NCBI GenBank assembly: GCA_902520765.1
Contig: CABYPG010000008.1
Span: 4,859-68,858 of the forward strand
Length of the DNA stretch: 64,000 nt
Source: an uncultured Bacteroidota bacterium
GTDB lineage: Bacteria; Bacteroidota; Bacteroidia; Flavobacteriales; Flavobacteriaceae
Direction of reading: 5' to 3'
A program made the translations under genes and the position numbers. Below the pieces are notes generated by a model. The model ran no database searches. It was not told the DNA's origin and saw nothing but the letters and a program-made list of their open reading frames with translations. The stretch's first letter is position 1. Every line of letters starts with the position of its first letter. Shown in pieces: positions 27,313 to 36,555 of this stretch.

Positions 27313-28017
27313 TTATTGCAGTCTGAATGTAATAGGTATGCTAAATGGAACTCTGACAGGGCGTCCTCTTTGCTTTCCTGGTGTCATAGACGGAAGTTTT
27401 GAAATTATTCGCTGTGCTTCTTTTTCTAAATTTTTATCTGGTCCACGCATTCTAATATTTGTTATGCTTCCATCCTTGGATATTATAAAGTTAACATATA
27501 CTCGTCCTTGTATACCCATTTCCTGGGCGATTTCAGGGTATCTAAAGTTTTTCCTTATATGCTTATTCATTTTTTCTTGAAAACATTTACGTCTCTCTGA
27601 CTTTTTAACTCTTTCACAGCCTGGGAAAATAGGTACATCCTCGATAACTGCAAAAGGTACATCAATGTCAACTTCTTCCTCCTCAACTTCAACTATTTCA
27701 ACAATTTCTTCCTCGTCTGTTTCAGTAGATTCAATTACAGTCTCTTCGACCTCCTCTTCATCCTCAACAATTTCAATTATTTCAGGTGCTGGAGGGGGAG
27801 GCGGTGGTGGTGGTGGTGGCGTTTTAATTTGTTCTGTAATTGGGATATCTTCATCATCATCGTCATCAACATTTAATGCCTCGTAATCGTAAGTTTTTTT
27901 GTAAGTTTTCCATTCAATTGTTTGCCATGTGATTAATAAAACAACAGATAAACCAATTACAAAGTATAAACTACTGTTTTTCGTTAAATCTACTTTTTCA
28001 TTTTTTTTTGGCTGCAT
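27313..28017 (-). CDS. Energy transducer TonB family protein
   Basis: 234 aa with an N-terminal TM anchor, a poly-Asp tract, a poly-Pro run, a Glu/Val/Ile-rich acidic linker and a C-terminal TonB_C domain (YPEIAQEMGIQGRVYVNFIISKDGSI). No exbB or exbD gene is nearby. Confidence 0.85.
   Translation of the reverse strand: MQPKKNEKVDLTKNSSLYFVIGLSVVLLITWQTIEWKTYKKTYDYEALNVDDDDDEDIPITEQIKTPPPPPPPPPPAPEIIEIVEDEEEVEETVIESTETDEEEIVEIVEVEEEEVDIDVPFAVIEDVPIFPGCERVKKSERRKCFQEKMNKHIRKNFRYPEIAQEMGIQGRVYVNFIISKDGSITNIRMRGPDKNLEKEAQRIISKLPSMTPGKQRGRPVRVPFSIPITFRLQ
27790..27819 (-). repeat. Poly-proline coding tract including a perfect (CCA)5 triplet repeat
   Basis: The plus strand reads TGG AGG GGG AGG CGG (TGG)5, which is 10 consecutive Pro codons on the coding strand. 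It is a G-rich island in an AT-rich gene. Confidence 0.7.
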
Positions 28018-28124
28018 TGTAAGATAAATTTAAAAAGCTAATCTAAAAAAAATATATAAAATACAATCATTTCTTAACTAATAATAAGTCTGTTGAGAAA
28101 ACATGATGACCAAAGCGTTAAAAT

Positions 28125-28508
28125 TCATCCTTTTTTGAGTAATGCATCGTATAATTCGTGATCTAAAAGATTTTTAGATTGATCCAAATCACTACAACGT
28201 ACTTTGATCATCCAACCTTTTCCATAAGGATCCTCATTAACTATTTCAGGACTGTCTTCCAAAAGTTCATTAATTTCGATTATTTCCCCAGTTACAGGCA
28301 TAAATAAATCCGAAACTGTTTTTACTGCTTCTACAGAACCAAATACTTCTTCGGCATCAAGTTTAGAATCTAGAGTATCAATTTCAACATAAACTATATC
28401 ACCAAGTTCACCCTGGGCAAAATCTGTAATTCCTACTGTAGCAATTTCGCCATCAAGTTTTATCCACTCATGGTCTTTTGTGTATTTTAAATCAGCTGGG
28501 ATACTCAT
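28125..28508 (-). CDS. gcvH: Glycine cleavage system protein H
   Basis: 127 aa with the lipoyl-attachment block SVEAVKTVSDL and the N-terminal YTKDHEWI. Confidence 0.92.
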   Translation of the reverse strand: MSIPADLKYTKDHEWIKLDGEIATVGITDFAQGELGDIVYVEIDTLDSKLDAEEVFGSVEAVKTVSDLFMPVTGEIIEINELLEDSPEIVNEDPYGKGWMIKVRCSDLDQSKNLLDHELYDALLKKG

Positions 28509-28518
28509 TTTTTTTTGA

Positions 28519-28526
28519 CAAATTTA
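28519..28526 (-). promoter_or_regulatory. Candidate -7 promoter box (TAAATTTG) for gcvH
   Basis: Exact TAnnTTTG match 10 nt upstream of ATG 28508. A second exact match (TATTTTTG) lies at 28549-28542. Both sit inside the 44-nt sprA-gcvH spacer. Confidence 0.3.
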
Positions 28527-28552
28527 AAATATTTACTTTATCAAAAATACTT

Positions 28553-31500
28553 TTAATTACCAAAGTTATAACGAATTGTAAATCCTGATCGAATACTAGT
28601 TTGTGGGAACGCAGTTGAAATTGCAAACTCAGAAAAATTATGATCATAAAAAAATAGAGCTGTAAGATTTTTTGTAAGTGCATAATCAGCAGTTACTTTA
28701 ATTGCCATAAGTTTTTGTCCTGCTGTTACTTGGTTATTATCATATTCCAGATTCTTGAGTAATGTTAAGTTATTACGATATGAAACATCAATTTTAACAT
28801 TCAAATCACCACTCAAAATCACTCTTCTCCCACTGATATTGGTTCTAAATCTTACATCTTTAACTCTATATCCAAGACCAACTATGTATTCATCTCCGAG
28901 AGTCTCAGTAATTAAATTATTATCAAGACTTAAAGAAATTGCACGTTCTTTTCTAAATTCTGCTAAAATTTTTATTGAATTTTTAAATTCCATATCTACC
29001 CTAGCTAAAGGATTAAATTGTTCTACTAAATTAATATTAGAATAAAGTCGCTCCGGTATGTAATTTCCTAGTTTATCTGTTTGAAAAGGAACAGTTGAAT
29101 CATAATCAAAATTTGTTTGAAAGTTATTTAATGTGTAACTAGCTCTATAGGCATGATTAATAGAAAAACGATTGAAAATTTTTGATAAAAACTCAATTTT
29201 TGAAAGAGCTGTTAATTTTAAATTCCAATTTGGTAGCGGTGTCTGTCTTATTGGATTTAGATTTATTTTGTATGGATCAATACCTGAATATGCAGCTATG
29301 AATGAATGAAGCAAAACTGATTGCTGATTTTTACCGTAACCAATCGGGTATTCATCAATTTCACTTGTTAATTCTGAAAAATTACTTCTTTCATAAAGAC
29401 GTCTTGCTATTATAGTTCTGTTTTTCCTAAATTCATCAAAGGTTTTACTACCTTGACCATCTGAACGACTAAATGCTGTTTTAATCATTATAGTAGAAAT
29501 GCCAAAATTGCCTGAAATATTTGAGTTCTGAGGGTAATATTGTAAGTTGTTTATACTGAAGTTTTCTATCTTATTTTCCGCAAAATCTCTTTCTGCATTA
29601 AGGTCTATAATCAAGCCTTTAAAGGGGACCATCTGTGCAGTTGCAAGAAATTTATTTGATCTGAGTTGAGTGAATAATTGATTAAAGTTTGGAAATCCAG
29701 TTAGCCATCCTTTTCTTGCCGCTTCATATCTAATATCAGCTTGACTGCCTATTGTAAAACCGAGAGTAGGTTGCATACCTCCAGCAAAACCGACACTTGG
29801 AAGATAGCCAGGAAGAACTGTCCCATTATTTTCATTATAATTAAACTGAATTCTTTTTAATGTAGCTAGAGCATCTACTATTTTAATTAAACTTTTCCGA
29901 ATTGTAGAATTTTTTTTAATTGTATCATTATTTTTTAATTCACTTGTCATTTTTGGTGACCTTATTGTATTGGGCCTTAATCCAAGTGCACTGTAGAGTT
30001 TAGAAAAAGAAATTGCTCCAGTTAATGTCTTTTTATTATTATTTTGAATTGTGTTTACAATTCCTAATGATAAGCCATCATCATTAGTAACTTCTGCTAA
30101 TGCTTCTGATCCTCGCTGCCAATTGAAATTACCCACATAACTATAGGCTGCATCAATAAAACTCAAAAATGGTATATTCTGAAAAGGAAATTTATAATTT
30201 AATGCCAAGGATTGAAAATGAGTATTTGGTTCTCCAGTGCTTAATAGGTTTCTCAATAAAATATTACTATTGTCTTGTTGGTAATTTTGATCATTTTGCC
30301 TCACTATACTACTTGTCGCAGCATTAAAGTTAAATCGAAGAGAACGTGTGATATTATGACTTAGTGAATAATTATAATCAAACAAAAAATTTCTCTGCTG
30401 TAAGTTAGGTAAACTTCGTTGAAGTGAAGCATCGGTACCTTCTAAATAAACCTGTCTAAACTTTTGATTATTTAAAATTCGATTCACGTTTATCGAACCT
30501 TCAAGAGAGTTTGGTAATAAATTAAAATTAAATTGTTGAAGCCATCTCCAATATCTTTTCCTATTAAAAAACTTTACATTTTTAAAGGGTTCAATTGTTT
30601 TTGTATTAAATGAATGCCCATAATTAGCTCCAAGCAACAAATTAATCTCTTCTTGTTTTTCTATCTCAAAATCGCGATGCTCTAATTTGTTGTAGGCATA
30701 CGAAAAATCAAAATTCTCTGGACTATAAAATCTTTGACTGCCATTCCCTGAACTATTTTTTCTTACTCCAATTAGGCTTACACTTTTTCTATTTGTGTAA
30801 TCAATTGCCTGATTTCGAATTGAGTCTCTTTGTGATCTTCGCTCTGATGTTTCCAAGCGATCTTCTAATTTCAAATCCTCATAAAAAGGATCATATTTAG
30901 GAGTTATGAAAGTTTCTCCACTCGCAAAACTTAATGGAATTTGTAGTCCCCATTTTGATGGTGCCAACTGGCCTAAATTTAGATTAGAAATAAAATCGTA
31001 TTGTAAAAGTTCCTCTCTTGTTCTTTGGTTGGGTGTTTGATCTATACTGCCAAACCCTATCGATGAATATCTCCCATTAGCAGAAAAATTTGCGAAATCT
31101 GCTATGTTTGCATCTAATGCACCAATAGCTGCCCATCCTTCTTGATTGTCTATTCCAGAAATACGCAACTCGTTAAACCAAACTTCACCAGAAAGGTCAT
31201 CTCCCAATTTACTTGATGGGTTTTTCAGACCTATCATTAATGTCCTTATATTACCAAGTGATGGATTCCCTTTAATTGCAAGTTTATATTTTTTTTGCCC
31301 TGAGAGAGAACTTATTGGTGTAAATTCAAAAATTTCATTTAACTCCTCATCGAAATATAATGTTTCGCCTAACCCCAATTTTTGCAATGCTTTAGCTTTC
31401 AGCCTTGAAAGTAAGTCAATAGATATTTCAATAGAATTAGAATCCGGGATCCATACTTCTTCAGAGGTCAAACTATTTGAAATATTTTCATCATAATCAG

Positions 31501-34500
31501 AGGGTTTTAAAGGAATTTCAATTTGATAAAAATTATCTTGATAATCTGTTCCTAAGCGAATGAATGCAACTATTCTTTTATCGTATTCATCTTCAGAATT
31601 TAAACCCGGAAGAGGTTCATAACCTGGTAATGACTCTGCATGTAAAAACATTCGTAGTTTACTGTATTGCCTCATGTCAAGATCAACTGTTTTAAAAATT
31701 CCTCTTGAGTCCATAGGCTTTAGATTAAAAATTCGCATCGCTAGAGATTGTTCATTCTGACGAATTATAGTATTATTATTATTTATCTGCTCTCTTTGAA
31801 TTTCAGGTGGCAAAACATAATTGATTGGAATTCTATTTTCATTTTCCAATATATTTACTGTACTAATATCAACCGTGGTATTTTCATTTGCCATTATTTT
31901 TTCATTAAGAGCTTTGTTATAACGTCTCCAATCTCCTCTCACCAAATCCAGTGTGCCAAAACGAAATACTATATCTTCGCTAAAACCACTTAATAGCATT
32001 CGCATAAATCTAATCGATCTTAAATCATTAATATCATTTACTGCTCCAAAATATGAATTAAAAGAAGTGTTTTCATAGTATGACTTTTGAATAGGAACTT
32101 TGAATTGTATCCACCTAGTAGTATACTCGTCACCATTTGGAGCTCTCACTTCTACATTCTCTCTTACATCAGTTATAAATGGATGATTTCCTACCCGCAT
32201 TGTCTTAAAGATTGGTACATGATATTCAAAATAACTATCAATCGTATTCATACTTTGATCTCTATTTATATCTTCTGTATCGGGTTCAGTTGTATTACCT
32301 CGATCATTATCACTGAATTCAATTGGAGTATTGTTTTCAAATCCATTATAATTTTTATAGCGCTCAAGTATAGTACCTTCTGCTTGTAGATAATATTCAT
32401 AATTATCGCCTGCAGGATCGTTTGTTTGACCATTTGTGAAAACCTCAGACTCCTCTTGATCACTAAGACCATCTAATCCAACATCCTGTAAAATACGATC
32501 CTCAGAATTTGAATTAAAAGCATATACTAAAGATTGGGTAGCAGGGACTCTACCCCAAGGAGTTTCATAGGTAGGTGTGATTTCGCTATTACTTGGAAGT
32601 CCATTCTCAAATTGTTTTCTACCATCGCGAAGTATATCTTCAGATATATTACCTAAGTGAAATACTAATTCTCCTAATTCATCATTTTCTGAAGTGTTTT
32701 CTGAAAATGTATCCAGTAACCAAAATTCGATAAACTCAACATTTGACTGTTCAAAATTTGTTGCATTTAGTGTACGTGTAATACCAGCCCAGTTTTTTTT
32801 TGGATCTAATAAAAATTGTGATAATTCTGCATTATTATAAGGCCCTTTTTCTCTTGGATAAAATGCCAAATCTAGGGTTGGTAATCTACTAATCATCCCT
32901 TGTACCAAATCTTGCTCTGGAAAAAGTTCATTTATAGATATGCTTCTAGTTTCATTACTTGATATGTCATCATTATTTATACCTGGTGGCTGTCTAGAAT
33001 AAAAAATTTGATCAATAGAATACCATGCTAGTTTAGATCTACCGTATCCACTTTCAAGTCCCTGTAGTGATGATCCTAAAACTCCTTTAATCGGAACACT
33101 AGAAAGGTTCCATGCATTAAATCCTTTTACATCAATATTTGTTTGTGCTCCTTCAAAATCGTCTATATAAACGTTTGTTTCACCATTTAATCTTGTATTT
33201 CTAGGATCATTTGCATTTATGCTTGCAACTTCACCTCTAAATGAAATTTGAGAGGGAATACTAGTTCTTATAGTTGGCCATTTATTAACCATACGAGTTA
33301 AAAAGGGAAGTTCAGTAGAAAAATTTGTATTTAGGCCTTTCATTGTATTATTTACTGGTTCGGTTCCATAATTTGCTTTTTGAGTAAGAGGATTTTCACT
33401 TAGATTTATAAGTGTTCCTCCAACATAGAAATTATCATTTAGCCGATGTTTTAAATTAATTCCAGAGAATCTTTTATTCTGTTGATTAAAAAACGAATTA
33501 TTTTCAACTGAAATGTCGATAGGAATATTTGATGCTTTAAGACCTTCATCTAATATTTTTACCCTTCCTATTTCATAATTTACTGTATAATCCAATCCTT
33601 CCTGAAGAATCCTTCCTCCTGCAGTAACCCTAACAGAACCTCTAGGAATATTAAACGCCCCAATATTTATACCATCCCCTCCTTCAGACTTATATCTTCC
33701 TTTGAGTTGGAATTTATTTTTTTCGGTAAATTCTAAAGCAGCTGCTTTTGTAAGAGTATACATTTCCTTAAAAACATATTTTTTTTGATTTGCATTAAAT
33801 GTATTATCTATGTCATAATCCTCTTTCGCTGAACTTGGATTATCTAAAATTCCAAATAAAAATTCTCCAAATGGCTCAACTTTAGTGAAGATGATTCTTC
33901 CAAAACGAGGTTCAACTGTAATACCAGGAAGAAAGTCAAAAAATCCATCTCCACTAGGTACTAAATCTTGATACGCATTTAGTTTGTCAAGTTCTAATGT
34001 GTTTAATAATATTTCATTATCTAAATCTTCTGGCCATATAGATTTATCAACTGGAGTTAAATAATTAATTGGTGATGGATCACTATACAAAATATTTAAA
34101 CGAAAATCCTCCTCGGAAAGTTGAAATGCCCCTGTATTGTAAATATTTTTCATCATCAAATCCCAAACTGGCTGGCGAACGTCAGTCAAACTACTTTTTA
34201 ACATTTTTACAATTAAACTATTTGTTTGAACTTGTTCTTGTTGACTTTGCCCTTGAATGAAATTTTGATTTTGTTGAATCACTGAAGTTCCTGGAATATC
34301 TCCATTAGCAAATTCTCCGACCTGATAAGTCTTTCCCAAATGAGTAAATTGAAAAGCAACTCCTAGAACTTCGTCATTACTTAGACGCTGATTAAGAGAT
34401 ATATATCCTAATTGAGGGTGGAACGTATATTCTTGTGAACTAAGTTTCCTTGCACTTTCTAAAACGGCATAATCAAATCCCTCATTCGCACTAATATTTT

Positions 34501-35965
34501 CAAAAGCATTGTTAACTGTTGCTATGTCCCTTATTTTTGTATTGAGTACACCATTAAAACCAATTTCGTCTGGATCGAGTTTATTAACATTGTTATCAGG
34601 TGGGGCAAAAGGATTCAATGAATTTATAAAACCCTGATAATTATCATCTAATTTAGTATTATCAGGGTTAGGTTCTCCCAAGTCTTGAAGTGCTATTATA
34701 TTTCTAACATTTTGAGTTTGATACCCCCTATTTGTGACCCAAACTTCTATACGAGTAATTTGAACTGGAGAATTGATATATGGATAATTAGCTAAAAATC
34801 GATCATAATTATCTCTAAAATATTGACTAATAAAAAAATGTCGATCTTCCTCGTAATCTAAAGCAAAAAAGTTGAACTCTTGTAATCTTCCTCCTCCTTG
34901 GGAAACTATATTTTGTGACTGAGATCTTTGTTCTGAAAAGACTCCAGATATAGTTGTATTTCCAAATTTCAAGTCTGTACGTACTCCAAATAAACTTTGT
35001 GCTCCTTGTATTAGATTACTATTTATTGGCATATTGACATTCCCAATATCTATATTTTGAATAATAGCATCTTCTGTTATTTTACCTCTTAAGTATTCAG
35101 ACACCCTGTTTCCCACAAGCTCTGAATTATTAGGAAGCTGTTTTACATTATTTTTAAGATTCTCAATTTTTTGTCTCACCTTACTCAATGAAGTTTTTGA
35201 TTCACTGATAGTTTCTTCTGCGTCACTAATTGTTTGACTTATATCGTTAACAGTATTTTTGATAGATGAAATATTTGAACCTAATTTGCCTGGAACTATT
35301 TCTGTTAATTCCGATAATTTTGGAGGGTTAAATTCTATTTTTACCAAGTTTTGAAAATCAAAAGTAGATTCGGTATCATAATTAGCTGTAATTTGGAGGC
35401 GTTCACCAATATTTCCTAACAAACTTAAACTGATTCTTTGGTCAAAATCAAAACCTGGTGATCTACGGTTAATAACTGAGGCAATAGGATTATCACTTCT
35501 TTGGTATCGGTATCCTAAATCCACTCCAATTGAACCTTGAGGTTTTATATCAATGGTATTACTACCAAAAATTGATTCAAAAAACTCATTATTTACATAA
35601 AGTTCTGGAAGTAAATTTTTTTGTGCATCTTCGATATCTGAGCCGTATCCACTAAGTGCTTGAATTTTTTCTTTAAAATACCTACTCATTTGTTCCTTTA
35701 GAATAAATGACTCATATTCAGCAACAGTCATTACCATTGGGGTACTAATAGGGTAACCTCCTATTTCCTCTGTTAAAATATAGAGATTACTTTCAGGGTC
35801 ATAGGTGTATAAGTTTTCAATACTACTTGACTTTGGTTCAATAATGGAACCTATTTCAGCTGCTTTTTGTCCAAAAACAATTTTACTAACTAGCATCATC
35901 AAGATAAAAATGATGATGAAGTTTTTGGATGGTTTAAAAACTACATTTTCAGATATTTCAATCAA
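28553..35965 (-). CDS. sprA: Type IX secretion system translocon / gliding motility protein SprA
   Basis: 2470 aa single ORF with a signal peptide (KNFIIIFILMMLVSKIVFGQ). Its Asn/Ser/Tyr-rich, essentially Cys-free beta-rich composition and its size match SprA (about 2400 aa in Flavobacterium johnsoniae). The start is TTG 35965; the next ATG at 35899 would truncate the signal peptide. Confidence 0.85.
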   Translation of the reverse strand: MIEISENVVFKPSKNFIIIFILMMLVSKIVFGQKAAEIGSIIEPKSSSIENLYTYDPESNLYILTEEIGGYPISTPMVMTVAEYESFILKEQMSRYFKEKIQALSGYGSDIEDAQKNLLPELYVNNEFFESIFGSNTIDIKPQGSIGVDLGYRYQRSDNPIASVINRRSPGFDFDQRISLSLLGNIGERLQITANYDTESTFDFQNLVKIEFNPPKLSELTEIVPGKLGSNISSIKNTVNDISQTISDAEETISESKTSLSKVRQKIENLKNNVKQLPNNSELVGNRVSEYLRGKITEDAIIQNIDIGNVNMPINSNLIQGAQSLFGVRTDLKFGNTTISGVFSEQRSQSQNIVSQGGGRLQEFNFFALDYEEDRHFFISQYFRDNYDRFLANYPYINSPVQITRIEVWVTNRGYQTQNVRNIIALQDLGEPNPDNTKLDDNYQGFINSLNPFAPPDNNVNKLDPDEIGFNGVLNTKIRDIATVNNAFENISANEGFDYAVLESARKLSSQEYTFHPQLGYISLNQRLSNDEVLGVAFQFTHLGKTYQVGEFANGDIPGTSVIQQNQNFIQGQSQQEQVQTNSLIVKMLKSSLTDVRQPVWDLMMKNIYNTGAFQLSEEDFRLNILYSDPSPINYLTPVDKSIWPEDLDNEILLNTLELDKLNAYQDLVPSGDGFFDFLPGITVEPRFGRIIFTKVEPFGEFLFGILDNPSSAKEDYDIDNTFNANQKKYVFKEMYTLTKAAALEFTEKNKFQLKGRYKSEGGDGINIGAFNIPRGSVRVTAGGRILQEGLDYTVNYEIGRVKILDEGLKASNIPIDISVENNSFFNQQNKRFSGINLKHRLNDNFYVGGTLINLSENPLTQKANYGTEPVNNTMKGLNTNFSTELPFLTRMVNKWPTIRTSIPSQISFRGEVASINANDPRNTRLNGETNVYIDDFEGAQTNIDVKGFNAWNLSSVPIKGVLGSSLQGLESGYGRSKLAWYSIDQIFYSRQPPGINNDDISSNETRSISINELFPEQDLVQGMISRLPTLDLAFYPREKGPYNNAELSQFLLDPKKNWAGITRTLNATNFEQSNVEFIEFWLLDTFSENTSENDELGELVFHLGNISEDILRDGRKQFENGLPSNSEITPTYETPWGRVPATQSLVYAFNSNSEDRILQDVGLDGLSDQEESEVFTNGQTNDPAGDNYEYYLQAEGTILERYKNYNGFENNTPIEFSDNDRGNTTEPDTEDINRDQSMNTIDSYFEYHVPIFKTMRVGNHPFITDVRENVEVRAPNGDEYTTRWIQFKVPIQKSYYENTSFNSYFGAVNDINDLRSIRFMRMLLSGFSEDIVFRFGTLDLVRGDWRRYNKALNEKIMANENTTVDISTVNILENENRIPINYVLPPEIQREQINNNNTIIRQNEQSLAMRIFNLKPMDSRGIFKTVDLDMRQYSKLRMFLHAESLPGYEPLPGLNSEDEYDKRIVAFIRLGTDYQDNFYQIEIPLKPSDYDENISNSLTSEEVWIPDSNSIEISIDLLSRLKAKALQKLGLGETLYFDEELNEIFEFTPISSLSGQKKYKLAIKGNPSLGNIRTLMIGLKNPSSKLGDDLSGEVWFNELRISGIDNQEGWAAIGALDANIADFANFSANGRYSSIGFGSIDQTPNQRTREELLQYDFISNLNLGQLAPSKWGLQIPLSFASGETFITPKYDPFYEDLKLEDRLETSERRSQRDSIRNQAIDYTNRKSVSLIGVRKNSSGNGSQRFYSPENFDFSYAYNKLEHRDFEIEKQEEINLLLGANYGHSFNTKTIEPFKNVKFFNRKRYWRWLQQFNFNLLPNSLEGSINVNRILNNQKFRQVYLEGTDASLQRSLPNLQQRNFLFDYNYSLSHNITRSLRFNFNAATSSIVRQNDQNYQQDNSNILLRNLLSTGEPNTHFQSLALNYKFPFQNIPFLSFIDAAYSYVGNFNWQRGSEALAEVTNDDGLSLGIVNTIQNNNKKTLTGAISFSKLYSALGLRPNTIRSPKMTSELKNNDTIKKNSTIRKSLIKIVDALATLKRIQFNYNENNGTVLPGYLPSVGFAGGMQPTLGFTIGSQADIRYEAARKGWLTGFPNFNQLFTQLRSNKFLATAQMVPFKGLIIDLNAERDFAENKIENFSINNLQYYPQNSNISGNFGISTIMIKTAFSRSDGQGSKTFDEFRKNRTIIARRLYERSNFSELTSEIDEYPIGYGKNQQSVLLHSFIAAYSGIDPYKINLNPIRQTPLPNWNLKLTALSKIEFLSKIFNRFSINHAYRASYTLNNFQTNFDYDSTVPFQTDKLGNYIPERLYSNINLVEQFNPLARVDMEFKNSIKILAEFRKERAISLSLDNNLITETLGDEYIVGLGYRVKDVRFRTNISGRRVILSGDLNVKIDVSYRNNLTLLKNLEYDNNQVTAGQKLMAIKVTADYALTKNLTALFFYDHNFSEFAISTAFPQTSIRSGFTIRYNFGN

Positions 35966-35969
35966 AAAT

Positions 35970-36551
35970 TCACAATTTATTCAGAGCCTCCTTGATAAGT
36001 TCTTCAACGGAACTTTCTGGAGCACTCTGAATAATGCTATCTAAGATACGCTCAGACTGCTTCCTTGTGTAACCAAGAACCTCTAATGCTGATAACGCTT
36101 CATCTTTGATTGTATTGTTTCCAAAATTTTGAATTTCACCCTCGACTTGAAGGTTTAACATTTTATCTTTTAATTCAATTAAAACTCTTTGAGCTGTTTT
36201 TAAACCAATACCTTTAACTGATTTTATAGTATTTAAATCATCTGAAATTATTGCACGCTGGATTTGAAGAGGCTCAAGAGATGACAACATCATTCTTGCT
36301 GTACTAGAACCAATTCCAGAAACTGAAATTAAAAGTAAAAAAACTGATCTTTCAATAGTTGTATTAAAGCCAAATAATGTGTGGGAGTCTTCGCGTACCT
36401 GTAGGTGGGTATAGAGTTTAATATTTTCGCCATCATTAATCTGAGAAAAGGTGTGAAGTGATATATTAACTGCATAACCTACTCCTTTACAGTCAATTAC
36501 AACTTGTGTAGGAGTTTTTTCAACCAATCTACCGATAATTTGTGTAATCAT
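35970..36551 (-). CDS. ruvA: Holliday junction branch migration complex subunit RuvA
   Basis: 193 aa starting MITQIIGRLVEKTPTQVVIDCKGVGYAVNISLHTF, with HhH motifs (VSGIGSSTA, VKGIGLKTAQR). Confidence 0.92.
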   Translation of the reverse strand: MITQIIGRLVEKTPTQVVIDCKGVGYAVNISLHTFSQINDGENIKLYTHLQVREDSHTLFGFNTTIERSVFLLLISVSGIGSSTARMMLSSLEPLQIQRAIISDDLNTIKSVKGIGLKTAQRVLIELKDKMLNLQVEGEIQNFGNNTIKDEALSALEVLGYTRKQSERILDSIIQSAPESSVEELIKEALNKL

Positions 36552-36555
36552 TTAT

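Noticed and set aside
27665-27886. Plus-strand ORF encoding poly-Ser and poly-Gly (MSTSSSSTSTISTISSSS...GGGGGGGGGG).
   Set aside because: It is the reverse-complement image of the acidic (Glu/Asp) and poly-Pro linker of the TonB gene, not an independent gene.
28509-28552. Possible glycine riboswitch upstream of gcvH, and possible M-box upstream of mgtE.
   Set aside because: The gcvH spacer is only 44 nt, and mgtE overlaps rsmA. Neither leaves room for these structured leaders of about 100-160 nt.
28492-28683. 63-aa minus-strand ORF spanning the sprA 3' end, the spacer and the gcvH start.
   Set aside because: It overlaps two well-supported genes in other frames, and its translation is a hydrophobic low-complexity string.
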